Source: Candidatus Cloacimonadota bacterium
GTDB taxonomy: Bacteria > Cloacimonadota > Cloacimonadia > Cloacimonadales > WRIO01
Length of the DNA: 64,000 bases
Assembly (NCBI GenBank): GCA_029553545.1
Contig: JAKPKU010000001.1
Location: 5,639 to 69,638, forward strand
Direction of reading: 5' to 3'
The notes under the pieces are model-generated. The model had not been told where the DNA came from. It saw only the letters and a program-made list of their open reading frames with translations, and did no database searches. Below, piece after piece: positions 63,401 through 64,000 of the stretch. How positions within the stretch are numbered: the stretch's first letter is position 1; each line of letters starts with the position of its first letter. A program made the position numbers and the translations under genes.

Positions 63401-63450
63401 AATAAAAAAACCAATCTATCTTTTGTAAGAGAGATTGCATATGAAACAAT

Positions 63451-63477
63451 AAAGGGTGTTGTATAACACCCTTTTTC
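63451..63477 (+). terminator. rho-independent terminator downstream of buk
   Basis: AAGGGTGTT - GTAT - AACACCCTT followed by TTTT. Confidence 0.8.
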
Positions 63478-63504
63478 ATAATAAAAGTAAACTTGCTACT
63501 AAAT

Positions 63505-63540
63505 AAAAAGAGTGGTAGTTTGTCTCTACCACTCTTTTTC
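63505..63540. terminator. second, bidirectional rho-independent terminator
   Basis: AAAAAGAGTGGTAG - loop - CTACCACTCTTTTT. The flanking A- and T-tracts allow it to work for the convergent minus-strand SIS gene as well. Confidence 0.75.
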
Positions 63541-63583
63541 AATAGTTGATGTAGTTAGTAACAGTCTTTGTCAATTCATCATA

Positions 63584-64000
63584 TTAATAAAGTTCAGGGA
63601 ATAGTATTCTTTCAACTTCTTCGATAATAGAGTGCAGAATAAGCATGTGAATTTCTTGTATTCGATCCGATGTTTCACCTGGTATGATAAGTTCATAATC
63701 GCACATGCCTTTAATTTTTCCACCGTCTTTACCTAATAATGCTAAGGTAATCATCTGTTTACTTTTTGCTTCTTCAATGGCTTTGATGATATTTTCTGAA
63801 TTACCGCTTGTTGATATACCAATAAAAAAGTCGTCTTCTTTTCCATAAGCTTCAACTGCTCTTGAAAAAATATAATCAAAACCAAAATCATTGCCAACAC
63901 AAGTGATATGAGAGCTATCTGTTAGTGATATTGCGGGCAAGGCTTTACGGTTTTTTCTATATCTTCCTGTAAATTCTTCTGCAAAATGCATTGCATCGCA
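63584..64000 (-). CDS. SIS-domain phosphoheptose isomerase (GmhA/DiaA-like); 5' end lies outside the window
   Basis: [22 protein letters not shown] and QEIHMLILH motifs of GmhA-type SIS proteins. The frame stays open through position 64000, beyond the internal Met used by the track. Confidence 0.7.
   Translation of the reverse strand, partial: CDAMHFAEEFTGRYRKNRKALPAISLTDSSHITCVGNDFGFDYIFSRAVEAYGKEDDFFIGISTSGNSENIIKAIEEAKSKQMITLALLGKDGGKIKGMCDYELIIPGETSDRIQEIHMLILHSIIEEVERILFPELY

Noticed and set aside
1-64000. Search for CRISPR arrays, tRNA/rRNA genes, integrases, transposases, toxin-antitoxin pairs or known defence-system genes.
   Set aside because: No regularly spaced direct repeats, no cloverleaf-compatible GC-rich 70-90 nt segments in the intergenic gaps, and no recombinase, nuclease or defence signatures were seen by eye. 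Absence cannot be proven without tRNAscan-SE, Infernal or DefenseFinder runs.

Overview
Low-GC, very gene-dense bacterial chromosomal window with about 60 protein genes, many overlapping by 1-14 nt or directly abutting. I found no rRNA, tRNA, CRISPR array or IS/transposase gene by eye. Most content is housekeeping: dnaX, potABC, a 7TM-HD(PgpH)-ybeY-CorC cluster, a hisS-like gene, ridA, lon, cysS, trmB, prfB (with the classical +1 frameshift), uppS, cdsA, nadB, tmk, a C-terminal processing protease, PPi-dependent PFK, purA and buk. A T9SS-type C-terminal sorting domain, a GGGPS/DGGGPS-like gene pair, butyrate kinase and PPi-PFK suggest an anaerobic FCB-superphylum (Cloacimonadota-like) organism; this is inference only.

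Two things stand out.

(1) Each of the four long intergenic gaps (6047-6860, 21811-22405, 32573-33046, 46537-47342; all other gaps are under 200 nt) holds one copy of the same roughly 250-360 nt non-coding element.
- It has a 30-nt core, CATTCCC(C/T)TTGCTATCTTGGAGAATGAAAG, with one substitution among the four copies.
- The core is preceded by two 11-bp direct repeats (TATATGNCTAT) and followed by four phased purine-rich AAT-N2-3-AAAGG units ending in a Shine-Dalgarno-like AAAGGAG(G).
- Each copy is co-oriented with a downstream operon: potABC, a radical-SAM/SPASM-lon unit, trmB-dgt-prfB-uppS-cdsA, and an isoprenoid ether-lipid operon.
- I regard this as the best candidate for an undescribed regulatory RNA or regulon signature.

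(2) A tightly packed operon (47343-54503) encodes a predicted GGPP synthase, a UbiA/DGGGPS-like prenyltransferase and a PcrB/GGGPS-family enzyme. These are followed by a PHP phosphatase, an SDR epimerase, a methyltransferase-like protein, a UPF0104 flippase-like membrane protein and MoxR. This is an archaeal-type ether-lipid core pathway in a bacterium, with uncharacterised tailoring genes.

Secondary observations:
- two orphan radical-SAM/SPASM genes, each next to an element copy
- a STAS/RsbW-like partner-switching pair fused in an operon to an orphan CheA-CheW-CheW-REC hybrid
- an unannotated 50-aa Cys4 mini-ORF
- a HisRS-like protein with a degenerate motif 2
- a PurA with a GDEAKAK P-loop

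All coordinates of non-coding elements come from by-eye alignment and are approximate.
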